A stretch of DNA of 64,000 bases, from NCBI GenBank assembly GCA_964548115.1, contig CAZJPQ010000017.1, positions 3,399-67,398 of the forward strand, given 5' to 3'. The position numbers and the translations under genes were made by a program. The DNA is from an uncultured Planctomycetaceae bacterium (GTDB taxonomy: Bacteria > Planctomycetota > UBA8742 > UBA2392 > JABWBM01). Under the pieces are notes generated by a model that saw nothing but the letters and a program-made list of their open reading frames with translations, made no database searches and was not told the origin of the DNA. This document shows, one piece after another, positions 49,346 to 60,135 of the stretch; the stretch's first letter is position 1; each line of letters begins with the position of its first letter.

Positions 49346-50488
49346 ATGCAAATGAAAGCATTTGACAAAGATCAACTGTATGGAGAGAAGGCCGTTGAAA
49401 TGGGCTTCCTTTCCCAAGAAAGATTTCAAAAAATTCTTCAAAAACAGAAAGAACTGGAAGTTTCCGGCAAACAAGTTTCCGTTCGTTCCATTCTTGAAAA
49501 AGTAGGTATTTTAAGCCCTGAAAAAATAAAACGCATTGAAGAAGCCATTGCTGAGAGCACCTCTCGAGAAGCTCTTCTCGCTGAAAAAGGTTACTCCAAG
49601 CAAGGAATGGAGTCTATAACCCCTCAAGCACTAGTAGAATTAGAAGCAAATCAACCGTTTTCTTACCAGGCAAGTGCGCCACTACTCTCAAGACTTGATT
49701 CAAGCCCCAAACTTTCAACTATCCCAGCTGAGGAAGAAAAGCTTGAGGTTGAATCTTTTGCCCTTGGTGATGTCTTTAAAGAAACAAGGAACCTCTCTCT
49801 CTGGGAAGAGTACAGCCAGGAAGCAGATCTTGCTGATCTTGAGGAAGATTCTTCTATGCTTCTGGAACCAGAAGGAGACGATGATCAGCCTGAGCCAGCC
49901 CAGGAAGACAACCCAAACCTTCTGACACAAGAAAGCCTATCTTTTGAAAGCCAAGAAGATATTCAAGAAAACACCTTGATAAAAAAGCAGGAGCAAACCT
50001 CTTCCAGCGAAGAAACTCTTGAGCATGCAGTTGACTTAGAAGCTTCGCAAAAAACAGAACAAGAAATCACCGAACAAGTGCTTTCAAAGGGACAAGACCT
50101 GGCCTCTCCCCAAGAAGAAAAACTTGTTGAGCAACAGGAATTAAAACAAACAGAAAACCCGAAAGACCCCTTAGAAGAAAATAGGGACCTTTTGCAAAAA
50201 GACTATGAAACCTCAAACTTCGAAGATGAAATAAGAAATGACGAAACTTCGGCTTTGGTTTCCTCCTCTGAAATAAGAGCAGAAGAAACCCTGGAAAATG
50301 CTCAAAATCAGGCCCCCATAGAACCTCCAATTGAAACCCAAGCTCGCGAGCTTCACGATGAAGTGGAAAAATCTGAGCAGCACGTTGAAGAAAAACAAAA
50401 AGAATCCATACAAAAAAATATGGCCTTATTATCAAGTTTGGGAGTTTGTTTTTTAGCACTTCTTTACTACCTGCTCTTTTTTGCTTGA
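49346..50488 (+). CDS. MshEN-like N-terminal domain + acidic disordered region + C-terminal TM anchor
   Basis: 'DQLYGEKAVEMGFLSQERFQKILQKQ...VRSILEKVGILSPEKI', a very Glu-rich middle region and a hydrophobic C-terminus. Confidence 0.6.
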   Translation: MQMKAFDKDQLYGEKAVEMGFLSQERFQKILQKQKELEVSGKQVSVRSILEKVGILSPEKIKRIEEAIAESTSREALLAEKGYSKQGMESITPQALVELEANQPFSYQASAPLLSRLDSSPKLSTIPAEEEKLEVESFALGDVFKETRNLSLWEEYSQEADLADLEEDSSMLLEPEGDDDQPEPAQEDNPNLLTQESLSFESQEDIQENTLIKKQEQTSSSEETLEHAVDLEASQKTEQEITEQVLSKGQDLASPQEEKLVEQQELKQTENPKDPLEENRDLLQKDYETSNFEDEIRNDETSALVSSSEIRAEETLENAQNQAPIEPPIETQARELHDEVEKSEQHVEEKQKESIQKNMALLSSLGVCFLALLYYLLFFA

Positions 50489-50648
50489 TTAAGAATAAAT
50501 CTGACCAGCCCGAGTTCTTACCAAAAAAGAGTTTGAAAAATTCTCCAAGACGCAGGTCATTTTAAACCAGCGTTTCTGCTTGCATTATTATAAACTCCAT
50601 ACATTAAGATACTGCTTTTAAAAGTTGGGTCTTCACATCGGAGTTTCA

Positions 50649-52010
50649 ATGCCAAATTTCAAGCTTTATTTTCTTTGCTGCTTTTTCCTACTCGCAGGGA
50701 CGCAGGCTCTGGTCATTACAAACGTTTTTTCTCAAGAAAAAAAAGACGACTTTGCCTTGCCTTCAGAATTGTTTCAAAAAGAATCAAAAAAGCCTATTCC
50801 TCCTTCTTCTGACAACGAAGAAAGCACCACACAGGAGTCCTTAAACACTGTCACAAAACATTTTGATGATACAAGAGAAGCAAAGTTTAAAATTCAAACC
50901 CCTCATTGGTTCTTACAAAAATATCAGAATGAATACGAACAGACCAAGGAGCACCTCTCTTTTCGCATAGACCAAGAAGATTCGCCCTTGGAGTTACGAT
51001 ATGGTGAAGAAGTTGCTCAAGTTCCAGTTATAACAGCCCTCTTTTTAAAAGAAGAGTCTGAGCAAGAACTTGATGCAGAGACTTTTCGCCAACGCCCCAA
51101 CCATGGCGTTAATCTTGCATTCATGATAAAATCAACGCCACCTTATTTCGGCCCCTATCAGGTTCTGTTGGATCATTCTTTGGTACGAGAGTCCGGAGAA
51201 GAGTTGCTTCGCACCTATACTTATGAGAACCTCCCGACCTTCGAAATTCAACGCTTTTCCCTGGGAGGCGCACTCCCAGGTCTTAACCTTTTTCGGCTTC
51301 GTATCCAATATACAAACCAGGCAGGAGTCACAACTCAAAGCCAAGGCATTTATCATCTGACCAAGATTCATGAAGTAGGCCTCTTTAATATCAAAGCTCA
51401 GTGTTCCGTTTCGAATCAAAAACAAAAGATTCGCCAACACTTCTTTTATCAAACAGAATTAGAGACTTCCGTTGACTTCTTTGTCAGTGAGGCTTTCGAT
51501 CCCGCTTTTTTAACGTTACACCTTAAACAAAAAACAGAGAATCGAGAAACATGGCACAATGTTCATCAAGAAATTCGAGAACCCTTACTTAAGGCTTTTC
51601 AAAATAGATCTCAAGAACAAACGCTATCTGAAGTTCCTCTTGTTGCAAATGAAGTAATGAAAACTCAAAAGAAGGAGAGAAAAACACATTCAGTATATCT
51701 CCCCAGGGAAATACTCAAGCTTGAAAAATTAGACAACAGGCACTACCGAGTCAGTTTCAAGCATACTTTTTCAATTAGCGAAAAACTTATGCCTTTCTTT
51801 CAAGCCTCAGATTATCAACTTGAGCTGCATCACCAAAAATATATGAGTCCAATAGAAAGTATTCCTTTTTATGTTCGCATAAAAGGGGAAAAGGCAGGGC
51901 AAGACCAAAACCCTGTGTTTCTTGAGTGTGGCTTTGAACAAGAAGCGTTCAAGAGCTTTCCTTTTATAGATTCTGGAACATTCACAACAACAGGCCATTC
52001 AAGCAAGTGA
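50649..52010 (+). CDS. Hypothetical exported protein
   Basis: Long ORF with a signal-peptide-like N-terminus. Its stop overlaps the start of the next gene (GTGA). Confidence 0.7.
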   Translation: MPNFKLYFLCCFFLLAGTQALVITNVFSQEKKDDFALPSELFQKESKKPIPPSSDNEESTTQESLNTVTKHFDDTREAKFKIQTPHWFLQKYQNEYEQTKEHLSFRIDQEDSPLELRYGEEVAQVPVITALFLKEESEQELDAETFRQRPNHGVNLAFMIKSTPPYFGPYQVLLDHSLVRESGEELLRTYTYENLPTFEIQRFSLGGALPGLNLFRLRIQYTNQAGVTTQSQGIYHLTKIHEVGLFNIKAQCSVSNQKQKIRQHFFYQTELETSVDFFVSEAFDPAFLTLHLKQKTENRETWHNVHQEIREPLLKAFQNRSQEQTLSEVPLVANEVMKTQKKERKTHSVYLPREILKLEKLDNRHYRVSFKHTFSISEKLMPFFQASDYQLELHHQKYMSPIESIPFYVRIKGEKAGQDQNPVFLECGFEQEAFKSFPFIDSGTFTTTGHSSK

Positions 52011-53143
52011 TTCCACAGGTTTTAACTGATGTTTTCGAACAACTTCCCGCTCTCCATGGAAAGGAGCGCATTGAAGTGTTACGGCAGCTTGGCTGGATGC
52101 TTCAACAGGGCGTCGACCTTGGAAGCTTCGAAACTCTATTTGAAATCATGGCTTCTATCTGGGGGGAAACTTCTTTTCAAGGCCTGGAAAAAACGTCCTG
52201 GAATATCATATTTTCAGATCATGGCATCACCAACCACTGGCCAGATGCAGGGACACCAACAACTCAAATACTCGAAAGCTTTTTAACGCATTCTTCGCCA
52301 ACTCTTCAATACGGAACAACCCTTGGGTTAGAGCCGACCCTTCTTGACGTAGGGGTTGCTGCTGCTCGTTTCAAAAAAGAACAAAAAGAGCTTACAAGCT
52401 TTAAACTTCGTCGAGGAAGCGGCGACTTTTCAGAAGTCCCATCACTCAGCGAAGATGAAGCTGAAGATCTCGTTTCAAAAGGGATTGAATATGCCCAAAA
52501 ACTCCCCCCTTGCTCTACGTGCCTCCTCTCAAGCTATGCAAGGGGAAGTGAACTTTCTTCCGTCGCTCTTCTTAAAAGCTTATCAAGCTCGCTTACGACT
52601 CTTGAACTTTTGGTGCGACCAGATGGTTTTGACGATATTGCTTTTAATGATGCTCGTCGATGCATTGAACAAGCCCTTGAAAAACACCGCTCCTGCCTCA
52701 GTAATCCTTTTTCCAGCCTGGCAGCTCTGGGTGGTTTTGAACATGCTTTTATGGTCGGTATGATTGCTGGCTGTGTGGCCCGAAAGAACTTTATCATCAT
52801 TGAAGGAACTGCTCCAAAGGCTGCTGCTCTCTGGTTACTCCACCTCAAGAAAGAAATTGCACCTTTTTTACTCTTCCTTGATGAACGCTTTCTCAGCTCT
52901 TTCGAAATAACAACTTACAATCCCTGCTTCTTTTCTTCACAAATGAGTCAAATAAAAGGAGTTGGTGGATTACTCGCGCTTCGCATCCTGCGAGACTTGC
53001 GCACTCTTTATACTTCCAGCTCAAAAGACCCTCAGTACCTGGAATACCTGGAACAAGAGCGCCATGTAAATTTTGAGGTTGATATTGGAAATATAGAGCG
53101 AAGCAATGGAGAGCGCGTCATAAACAAAAAAGAGAGCCGCTGA
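52007..53143 (+). CDS. CobT-like (nicotinate-nucleotide--dimethylbenzimidazole phosphoribosyltransferase fold), divergent
   Basis: 'IIFSDHGI', 'LLDVGV', 'GSGDF', 'PFSSLAALGGFEHAFMVG', 'IIIEG'. The LGEG catalytic motif is absent. Confidence 0.7.
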   Translation: MIPQVLTDVFEQLPALHGKERIEVLRQLGWMLQQGVDLGSFETLFEIMASIWGETSFQGLEKTSWNIIFSDHGITNHWPDAGTPTTQILESFLTHSSPTLQYGTTLGLEPTLLDVGVAAARFKKEQKELTSFKLRRGSGDFSEVPSLSEDEAEDLVSKGIEYAQKLPPCSTCLLSSYARGSELSSVALLKSLSSSLTTLELLVRPDGFDDIAFNDARRCIEQALEKHRSCLSNPFSSLAALGGFEHAFMVGMIAGCVARKNFIIIEGTAPKAAALWLLHLKKEIAPFLLFLDERFLSSFEITTYNPCFFSSQMSQIKGVGGLLALRILRDLRTLYTSSSKDPQYLEYLEQERHVNFEVDIGNIERSNGERVINKKESR

Positions 53144-53288
53144 GCAGCCAAAAGCTTGACCTCGCCTCCCCTTAAGTCAGAGAGCCGAAAACATCCTTCC
53201 TTCAACTTAAGAGTTTAATTCAAGAAGGACGAATTCTGAGGCAGTGAAAATCAATGAACTGCACCTGAAGTTTGTCGCTGTCTGCCTC

Positions 53289-56200
53289 CTACTCATTTTC
53301 TGGAGAAGGAGGAATAAACCCTGGCAAAGGCTCAAAGCGCACGCTGATGCTGGTAAGTTGCTCTGATTCTATGGTAAAGGTTTGTACTACCGCCTGATAA
53401 TTTGGAAGTTTAAGTTCAATAGTATATGTATCCGGTGGAAAATCTTTGAGAACGAAAGAGTTTTTCTTCTCAGGATCCTGAGGCAATAAAATATTCAAAA
53501 GTAAATCTGAAATAGTAAAACGCTTTTTGTAAGCATCACCGTTTGAGGCCTTGATGCTATATTGAAGGTCTTGAGCAGCCTGTGTCGTAAGATCTTCATT
53601 CAGGATTTGGATTTCAAGATCTCCAGAGGGTGCAAGCACAAAGGTTATTTCGGTTTCACTATCAGCAATAATTTCAGCATTTTTAACAATAACAGGAGCA
53701 TAATTATTGACCTGCAAAATAAAATTCCAAGTGCCAACAGGAATTCCATCGATAGCAAAGGAAACTTCTCCTGTATCAGGATCTGAACCAAAAACTATAT
53801 TTGTATCAGGCAATCCCTGAACACTCCCACCAAGCTCGACCCTTTCGCCACTTTGATCTTCAATTGTCAGAGTTCCTCGGGAATCCATAAAACTTAAAAT
53901 GCCTTCTGAATCATCTGCAGGAACAAAGTTTTGAACAATTCCACGCATGCTCCCAGTATTCCCTTCAAGCACAAGCTGAACTCCTTGAAGCGATGAATCA
54001 TAAAGGTTCAACGGACCTAAAACCTGGAAGCCTCCGTCTTTACTACGGGCCGTAAGCTTGTAAATCCCAGGGGTTAATCCTGAAATAGAAAAGAGACCTG
54101 TTCTCAAGTTAGGATAAACAGGATCATAAAGTTGAGCAACCATCTGATCAAAAGCAGATTCTTGAAGCTCAGCTTGCTTTTCTCCCTCATTGATACTGGC
54201 ATCATTGAAGGGCGAAGCAAAAACAATAGTGTCACGTGGTAATGGCTCCCCATTTGCCATCACAACTTTTCCATGAATCGTGCGTGTATAAAAATGAATA
54301 TCGATTGCTTGCTCTGGCTTTTCTGAAACCCGAATTTTTTGTGAGCTCAAAGGTTGAAAGCGGCCGCGCCCAACCTGAATACCGCTATCTGGAAGCTTGA
54401 TACCACCCCGAAAGACTAGATAGGTTCCCAGGGGAAGATTGCTGATACTATAATTCCCCTCCTGATCACTTTGAACGGTCCGCATGGAACTTCCTTCAAA
54501 ACCCCCTCCTCCAAGGGTAATTCCTCCTTTATAGGGTTCATCATCAAGATAGATTTTTCCAAAGATTGTCGTCGTTCCTGGAATTTTTTCGTGAACATCG
54601 TGCTCTATTTCATCACCAAAATCAATCCGTACTCGCTCTTTAGAATTAACTTGAAGAAAACTTAATAAATTCGTCGAACTTCCTGCCCTAAGAGTATAAT
54701 CACCCGGCGTAAGCCCTTCTATGCGGTACATTCCTTTTGCATCTGTTTCTGCGCTGCGGACAAAAGGAGCTCCTGAAACAATTCCTACCGCATTAATAGT
54801 AATACCCGCCTTAGGTTCTTCTTGTTCATCATAATAGGTGCCATAAATAACCCCTCCTCCTTGGAGTCGGAAAATAACTTCGGTTTCTTCGCCAGCTTTA
54901 ACCTCAACTCCCTCCTTAAAGCCTGGCTCGTGAGTTTCGGTTGCTGCCATTAAACTGTACTTCCCGGCACTCAAGCTTGACAACTCAAAGTACCCTTCCT
55001 GGTTACTTTCAATATTAGCGGTAAAAGCCTCTTTCCCAGAATCACTTGATTCTCTGCCAAAAAGGGTTTTGAAGTAAAACTGAACTTTTTGTGAATTCGG
55101 ATCTCCTTCAAGAACACCACCTATCTTCACTCCTGGAAGAGGTCGGTTATGCCCATCATAGACATAACCAATAATTTTTCCTGCCTGTTTAAGTATAATT
55201 TCAACCTCAGTGCTCCTATGAGGCACAGCAGTAATTCGCTCTTTTGTGCCTGGGGCATATCCCTCTGCTTCAGCACGCAGGTAGTTCCACGTTATTTGCG
55301 AACTCGCCCACGATTGAGCAGGAATAAAATCAAGCTTAAAACGCCCCTGCTGATCTGTCTGAGTACTTAAAAAACGTTTTGGCTGAACGACACCTGTCAA
55401 GAGTTTACTGTTTTGATGCCACTTATTTTCTTGTTCGTTCACATAAACGGTGGCCCCTGCAATTGGCTCTAAAGCCTCATTAACAACTCGACCTGTGATT
55501 GTCCCGCCAGCTCGTAAAGCAATTGTTCCAAGATCTTTTCTTTCCCCATTGACTATGCGAAAAAAAACTTTTTCGTAACTGTGCCCAGGGCCCGAAACCC
55601 GCACAGCAAGGCGTGGTCCACCAATCATAATTGGCGCACTCTTAAACTCAAATTCTCCATTTTCTCCAGTGTGCATTGAATCAATCGAGCCGCCAAACTC
55701 CCAACCAAGCTCGACAAAAGCCCCACTAATAGGCTGACGCTCGTTTTCACGGCTTACAACTTTTCCAAACACACTGCCTGCCTGGGCGAGACGAAAAGTG
55801 AAGTCTCGAGTTTCCGACTCACGAAGCTCTAAAGTTGCTTGATTCGTCGTTTCTGATCTCCATGCAAAAGCAAAATAGCCAACCTTTTGAGCTTCAAATG
55901 TGTGGTTTCCTGGAGAAATTCCCTGAATTTCAAGCTTTCCGTTACTATCTGTCTGCATCCCTTGATTATGGATCTGAAGAAGTTCATAAAGGCGAGTGTT
56001 ACTCTGAAGCACAATCTCAACATCCTCCAGAGGAACATCATTATTGTCAACATCGATGACATTGGTTTTTAAAACCGCTTCCGGAAAAATCTGAATGTCT
56101 TTTTTGTGGTCTGAAGACAATGTTTTTTCAGCATCACTTGAGTCCTGAACCTTTGATAGTGAAAAACTTTCAGAATAACTGATCCCCCACCCCATAGAAA

Positions 56201-56663
56201 GTACAGCTACAAAAACCTTTTGAAAAGCCTGGGCATTTTCAAAACGATATTGCCCCGAGTCATTCGTAGAAGTTTCCTGGATCAATTGAGGAGGAGAGGC
56301 TGCTGTGAAAAGATAAACCTGCAATCCGGGAACTCCCCCCCTTTCATCATAAACCTTTCCAAAAACATTCCCTTCCTCAACTTCTTGAGCTACAGAAGAG
56401 GCTTGTTCGCTGGAACCTGAAGAAGACTTATTTTGGTTCGTGTCCGGCGAGATAACTTCTCTTGGCTTTTTATTGTGTTCAGAAACCACTTTGTCTCTTG
56501 TTTTGTTTTTACTTGCTTTTCTGGTCTCTCGACCATTTTCAAGGGCAATTTTCTCAGCACCATTTTTACTCTTATCTTTATCCAGCAACACCCACGCGCC
56601 ACCAAATACGAGTAAAAGAAAGCAGAACCCAATGACAAACCAAAGAAATATCTTATTTTCCAT
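53289..56663 (-). CDS. Large membrane-anchored protein with tandem carboxypeptidase regulatory-like (Cna-B-type) repeats
   Basis: N-terminal TM and repeated 'G.I.G.V.D....P..G..V ... TD..G.F.I.GL.PG.Y.L' units. Confidence 0.85.
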   Translation of the reverse strand: MENKIFLWFVIGFCFLLLVFGGAWVLLDKDKSKNGAEKIALENGRETRKASKNKTRDKVVSEHNKKPREVISPDTNQNKSSSGSSEQASSVAQEVEEGNVFGKVYDERGGVPGLQVYLFTAASPPQLIQETSTNDSGQYRFENAQAFQKVFVAVLSMGWGISYSESFSLSKVQDSSDAEKTLSSDHKKDIQIFPEAVLKTNVIDVDNNDVPLEDVEIVLQSNTRLYELLQIHNQGMQTDSNGKLEIQGISPGNHTFEAQKVGYFAFAWRSETTNQATLELRESETRDFTFRLAQAGSVFGKVVSRENERQPISGAFVELGWEFGGSIDSMHTGENGEFEFKSAPIMIGGPRLAVRVSGPGHSYEKVFFRIVNGERKDLGTIALRAGGTITGRVVNEALEPIAGATVYVNEQENKWHQNSKLLTGVVQPKRFLSTQTDQQGRFKLDFIPAQSWASSQITWNYLRAEAEGYAPGTKERITAVPHRSTEVEIILKQAGKIIGYVYDGHNRPLPGVKIGGVLEGDPNSQKVQFYFKTLFGRESSDSGKEAFTANIESNQEGYFELSSLSAGKYSLMAATETHEPGFKEGVEVKAGEETEVIFRLQGGGVIYGTYYDEQEEPKAGITINAVGIVSGAPFVRSAETDAKGMYRIEGLTPGDYTLRAGSSTNLLSFLQVNSKERVRIDFGDEIEHDVHEKIPGTTTIFGKIYLDDEPYKGGITLGGGGFEGSSMRTVQSDQEGNYSISNLPLGTYLVFRGGIKLPDSGIQVGRGRFQPLSSQKIRVSEKPEQAIDIHFYTRTIHGKVVMANGEPLPRDTIVFASPFNDASINEGEKQAELQESAFDQMVAQLYDPVYPNLRTGLFSISGLTPGIYKLTARSKDGGFQVLGPLNLYDSSLQGVQLVLEGNTGSMRGIVQNFVPADDSEGILSFMDSRGTLTIEDQSGERVELGGSVQGLPDTNIVFGSDPDTGEVSFAIDGIPVGTWNFILQVNNYAPVIVKNAEIIADSETEITFVLAPSGDLEIQILNEDLTTQAAQDLQYSIKASNGDAYKKRFTISDLLLNILLPQDPEKKNSFVLKDFPPDTYTIELKLPNYQAVVQTFTIESEQLTSISVRFEPLPGFIPPSPENE

Positions 56664-56754
56664 GCCTTTATTTTCACCCTTGCTCTCAAAAACAAATAAT
56701 TAAAACTTTTATAAGACAGCTGCACGAAGGTTGTGTCGCTGCTACGTGGTCAAT

Positions 56755-58044
56755 CTAACGAACAACCTTGACATTCACCCAGTTTGCTCTGTCATCAACA
56801 TCAGCATTATCAGCAGCTCGAACAATCAAAGTGATGCTCTTTGCGCCCATAATATCTGCTTCGATATAAAAAGGAGCATCCCCCTTTTTCATAATACCTG
56901 AGTCCTCTTGCTTCTTAACTGGAGAAGCCTTAAGACTACTTTCCCAAATTTTTAGAGCTTGAGGCTTCCCATCAACTTCTAATTCAAAAACAAGACTTGC
57001 CATAGGGCCTGCAGAATCATCAATCCCAATGAGCGCACTAAAAGACTTATACTGCCCACTTAACTCATACGTTAATCGTGAAATGGCATGCACCCCAAGG
57101 CCTTTCGCATACTCCTTGCCTTGCATACGCAATGCCCCCCCACCTTGAGCACGATCAACCTGATACCCAAAAAGATAGTCACTTTGCTCCTCTTCCGTTT
57201 CATCTGCACTTCGAAAGTAAGAATGCTCCTCAACCTTTTCAGGGGTTAAGTCTGAAAGATATAAAAAACGACCATTTTTGAATAAAATAGTACCAAGGTT
57301 TTCTGTTGAAACCGAAAGCTCACCACACAGCCTTGTTTCAATAGAAAGGCCCTGATCTTTCCATGCTTTCAAAGTGCCAGAAACAATGCCGCCTGTGATT
57401 GTTGTGAACAAAGCATAAACCTCTGAAAAAGTGTCTACTTCATCTGGAAGAACGGGCCCGCGGACAATTGAACGAATACTTTCCCACGAATGCCAACTCC
57501 CTTCATCCTGGTCAAGCCCTGTAATAAAAAGCTTCACTCGTTCTTCTTTAATTTCCTCAAGATAACAAAGAGGAGAAGAGCCACTTTCAAAGTAAATCTT
57601 ATAATCTCCCTGGTCTCTCTCAAGCTCTTCTGAAGAGACTATTTTATCCTTCTCTGATTGAGGTGAAGCTCGTTTTTCTATCCGCAGAATTGAAAAGATA
57701 TCGATCTCAACCCGCCCAAAGCTTGGTGTCAGAAAAGTACAACTTCCATAACTTTCGCTTTCAAGGATCGCCCCAAAAAAAACAGTCCCATCAAGAAGTA
57801 CGACACGAAAAGGAGCTAAATCAGGTGACGGTTGCGATGGAACACGATCAAATTGTATTTCTTCAATTGAATCTAACTTTATTCCAATGGAATCATCCTG
57901 TCCTTCTGGAACAATCAACAGACGTTTTTGGTTATCAAACGTTGTTATCTCACCTTTAACCGGAGGCTGGTCAAGGGCGAATAGTGTTTCAGCCCTAAGC
58001 TGACTCAAACTCAAAAAAGCCAAACAAAAGAGGAATATTTTCAT
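56755..58044 (-). CDS. Exported NPCBM/NEW2 domain protein
   Basis: Signal peptide; C-terminal 'YLSDL...YAKGLGVHAISRLTYEL...FSALIGIDD...DRANWVN'. Likely start ATG 58044. Confidence 0.85.
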   Translation of the reverse strand: MKIFLFCLAFLSLSQLRAETLFALDQPPVKGEITTFDNQKRLLIVPEGQDDSIGIKLDSIEEIQFDRVPSQPSPDLAPFRVVLLDGTVFFGAILESESYGSCTFLTPSFGRVEIDIFSILRIEKRASPQSEKDKIVSSEELERDQGDYKIYFESGSSPLCYLEEIKEERVKLFITGLDQDEGSWHSWESIRSIVRGPVLPDEVDTFSEVYALFTTITGGIVSGTLKAWKDQGLSIETRLCGELSVSTENLGTILFKNGRFLYLSDLTPEKVEEHSYFRSADETEEEQSDYLFGYQVDRAQGGGALRMQGKEYAKGLGVHAISRLTYELSGQYKSFSALIGIDDSAGPMASLVFELEVDGKPQALKIWESSLKASPVKKQEDSGIMKKGDAPFYIEADIMGAKSITLIVRAADNADVDDRANWVNVKVVR

Positions 58045-58621
58045 TCTGGGTTTTCGTATGAGATTAAGAAAAAAACCACGGAACATCGCGAGACCTTTCA
58101 ATGTTAGAGAACGACTCAAAAGCAAGCAAGTTATTGCCTCTCCACTTTAGTTAGAAATAACGATGTGCATTATACCAAAAGGATAAGCAGAAGTCACTCA
58201 TCAGCTTTTATCACCCTCGTATCGCTTTCATCATGAAATATTCATTCATCTCATAAAAGAGAGTCGGCTTTCAACTCTGCCCTACAATTATAAAGTAAAG
58301 AAGTGAGATAGAGCTCCTAAAACCCTCGATAAAACTATCAAAGATTTTTCTTTGCTCATTCTTTATGAATGAAATGAAAAATCGAAACGAATACTGCTTT
58401 TTAGCAGGGTATTTTTCTCGATAAAAATCAGGAAAAAATCCATACTAATGGAAACTTTCCTTTGTTTGCCGCTTTGAAGACTTTGCTCTAAGGGTGGCTC
58501 TATGGTAAAAGGTTTAGTATTATGATGTCTCAAAGAGTGTAAAGAAATCCATATTTATACTGCAGGCATGCCTGAAAACTGCTGAACGGCCATGGCAAAT
58601 CAAAGCTGGTGAGGAGAATAC

Positions 58622-59614
58622 GTGGCACTTTTTAAACGAAATAGTGAAACACGGCTAGAGGAATCTGCCACTATCACTGACAACAACACCTTTCACCTCA
58701 AACGCAAAATTGCTGAGGGAGGAATGGGAGCTGTTTATGAAGCAACCCAATTAGGCGCAGAAGGCTTTGAAAAACGTATGGCCGTGAAAACGATTCTTGA
58801 AGATTTTACAACAAATCAAGAATTTGTAGATATGTTCATAGGCGAGGCAAAGCTTGTCGCTGACTTGATTCATCAGCATATTGTCCAGATTTATCAATTA
58901 GGAAAAACCGGCAAGCATTACTACATTGCAATGGAATATATCCATGGGCTGAATCTTGAAGAGTTCATTGAACGCCACCATCAGTTTAAGAAACGGATCC
59001 CAACAGAAATATGTGTTTATATCGCCAGTCGCGTGGCACGAGCTTTAGAATACGCCCATGGGAAACGCAATAGCTTTGGAGAATTACTGGGGATCGTCCA
59101 TCGAGATGTTTCACCCAAAAACATTATGATTGACTCAGAGGGTGTCGTAAAGCTCACTGATTTCGGAATTGCCAAGGCCCGCAATATCATGAAGGATAAG
59201 GAAGGCGATGTCTTAATGGGCAAAGTCCAGTACATGTCTCCTGAACAGGCCCAATTCGAACATACTGATGGTCGCTCAGATATTTTTTCTTTAGGCATCG
59301 TACTTTATGAAATGTTAGCTGGTCAAAATATCTTTTCTGATGATGACACACTTGTATGCATAAATAACATCGTTAAGAAACCGATTCCTCCTATTTCGGA
59401 ATACAACCCCCATATAGACGAGAACTTGAATGCTCTTTTACTCAAAATGCTGGAACGGGATCGTTCAAAGCGTTATCAAAATGCTGGAGAGTGTGGCACA
59501 GCTTTAGAACGTTACATCTATTCAGGCGGGTATGGGCCAACTTTCAATACTTTGGCGGATTACCTCAAGTCGCTCTTCCCCAAGTTTAAGCAGTCTCAGG
59601 CTGAGGGGACCTAG
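58622..59614 (+). CDS. Hanks-type serine/threonine protein kinase (soluble, kinase domain only)
   Basis: RBS GAGGAG; 'IAEGGMGAVY', 'AVK', 'HRDVSPKN', 'DFG', 'YMSPEQ', 'SDIFSLG'. Confidence 0.95.
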   Translation: MALFKRNSETRLEESATITDNNTFHLKRKIAEGGMGAVYEATQLGAEGFEKRMAVKTILEDFTTNQEFVDMFIGEAKLVADLIHQHIVQIYQLGKTGKHYYIAMEYIHGLNLEEFIERHHQFKKRIPTEICVYIASRVARALEYAHGKRNSFGELLGIVHRDVSPKNIMIDSEGVVKLTDFGIAKARNIMKDKEGDVLMGKVQYMSPEQAQFEHTDGRSDIFSLGIVLYEMLAGQNIFSDDDTLVCINNIVKKPIPPISEYNPHIDENLNALLLKMLERDRSKRYQNAGECGTALERYIYSGGYGPTFNTLADYLKSLFPKFKQSQAEGT

Positions 59615-59668
59615 TATTTCAGAAGGCTCTCAAGGATTCGTGATATCAATAAATGAAAGGGCAGTATA

Positions 59669-59929
59669 ATGGCCAAAACATTAAAATACTATAGCATGGA
59701 GTTCCCCCAAAAGCTGGTGAATGAGCCAATCCTCTATAATATCAGCATCAAATTTGGGATTCTTTTCAATATTGCAAGAGCAAACGTTAGTGAATCTCAG
59801 GGAAAACTTGAGCTTTCACTTGAAGGAGATGCAAACAAACTTGTTTTAGCCCTTAATTACCTCAAGGAAAGAGGGGTTGAAATTAAAGAGGTTCCAGCTC
59901 CTATTACGACGTCTTCAAGCTCTGATTAA
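59669..59929 (+). CDS. NIL domain protein
   Basis: 'FPQKLVNEPILYNISIKFGILFNIARANV...GKLELSLEG...ALNYLKERGVEI'. Confidence 0.8.
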   Translation: MAKTLKYYSMEFPQKLVNEPILYNISIKFGILFNIARANVSESQGKLELSLEGDANKLVLALNYLKERGVEIKEVPAPITTSSSSD

Positions 59930-60135
59930 AGTTTTCATTTTTCTTAAACCATAAACCGTTGTACTTCGTTTGTAGAAACTATTTTCAATTGCAGTCATTG
60001 TCAAAGTTATCAAAAAAATTGAAGCTCAAGCCAGGTATCCAGTACAGCATACGGCCAACAAGGAAAAGAAGAATCTATTTGCAAAATAAACTTCATTTTG
60101 TCGCAACAGCTTAAGATTTTCACTCAATTTTAAGA

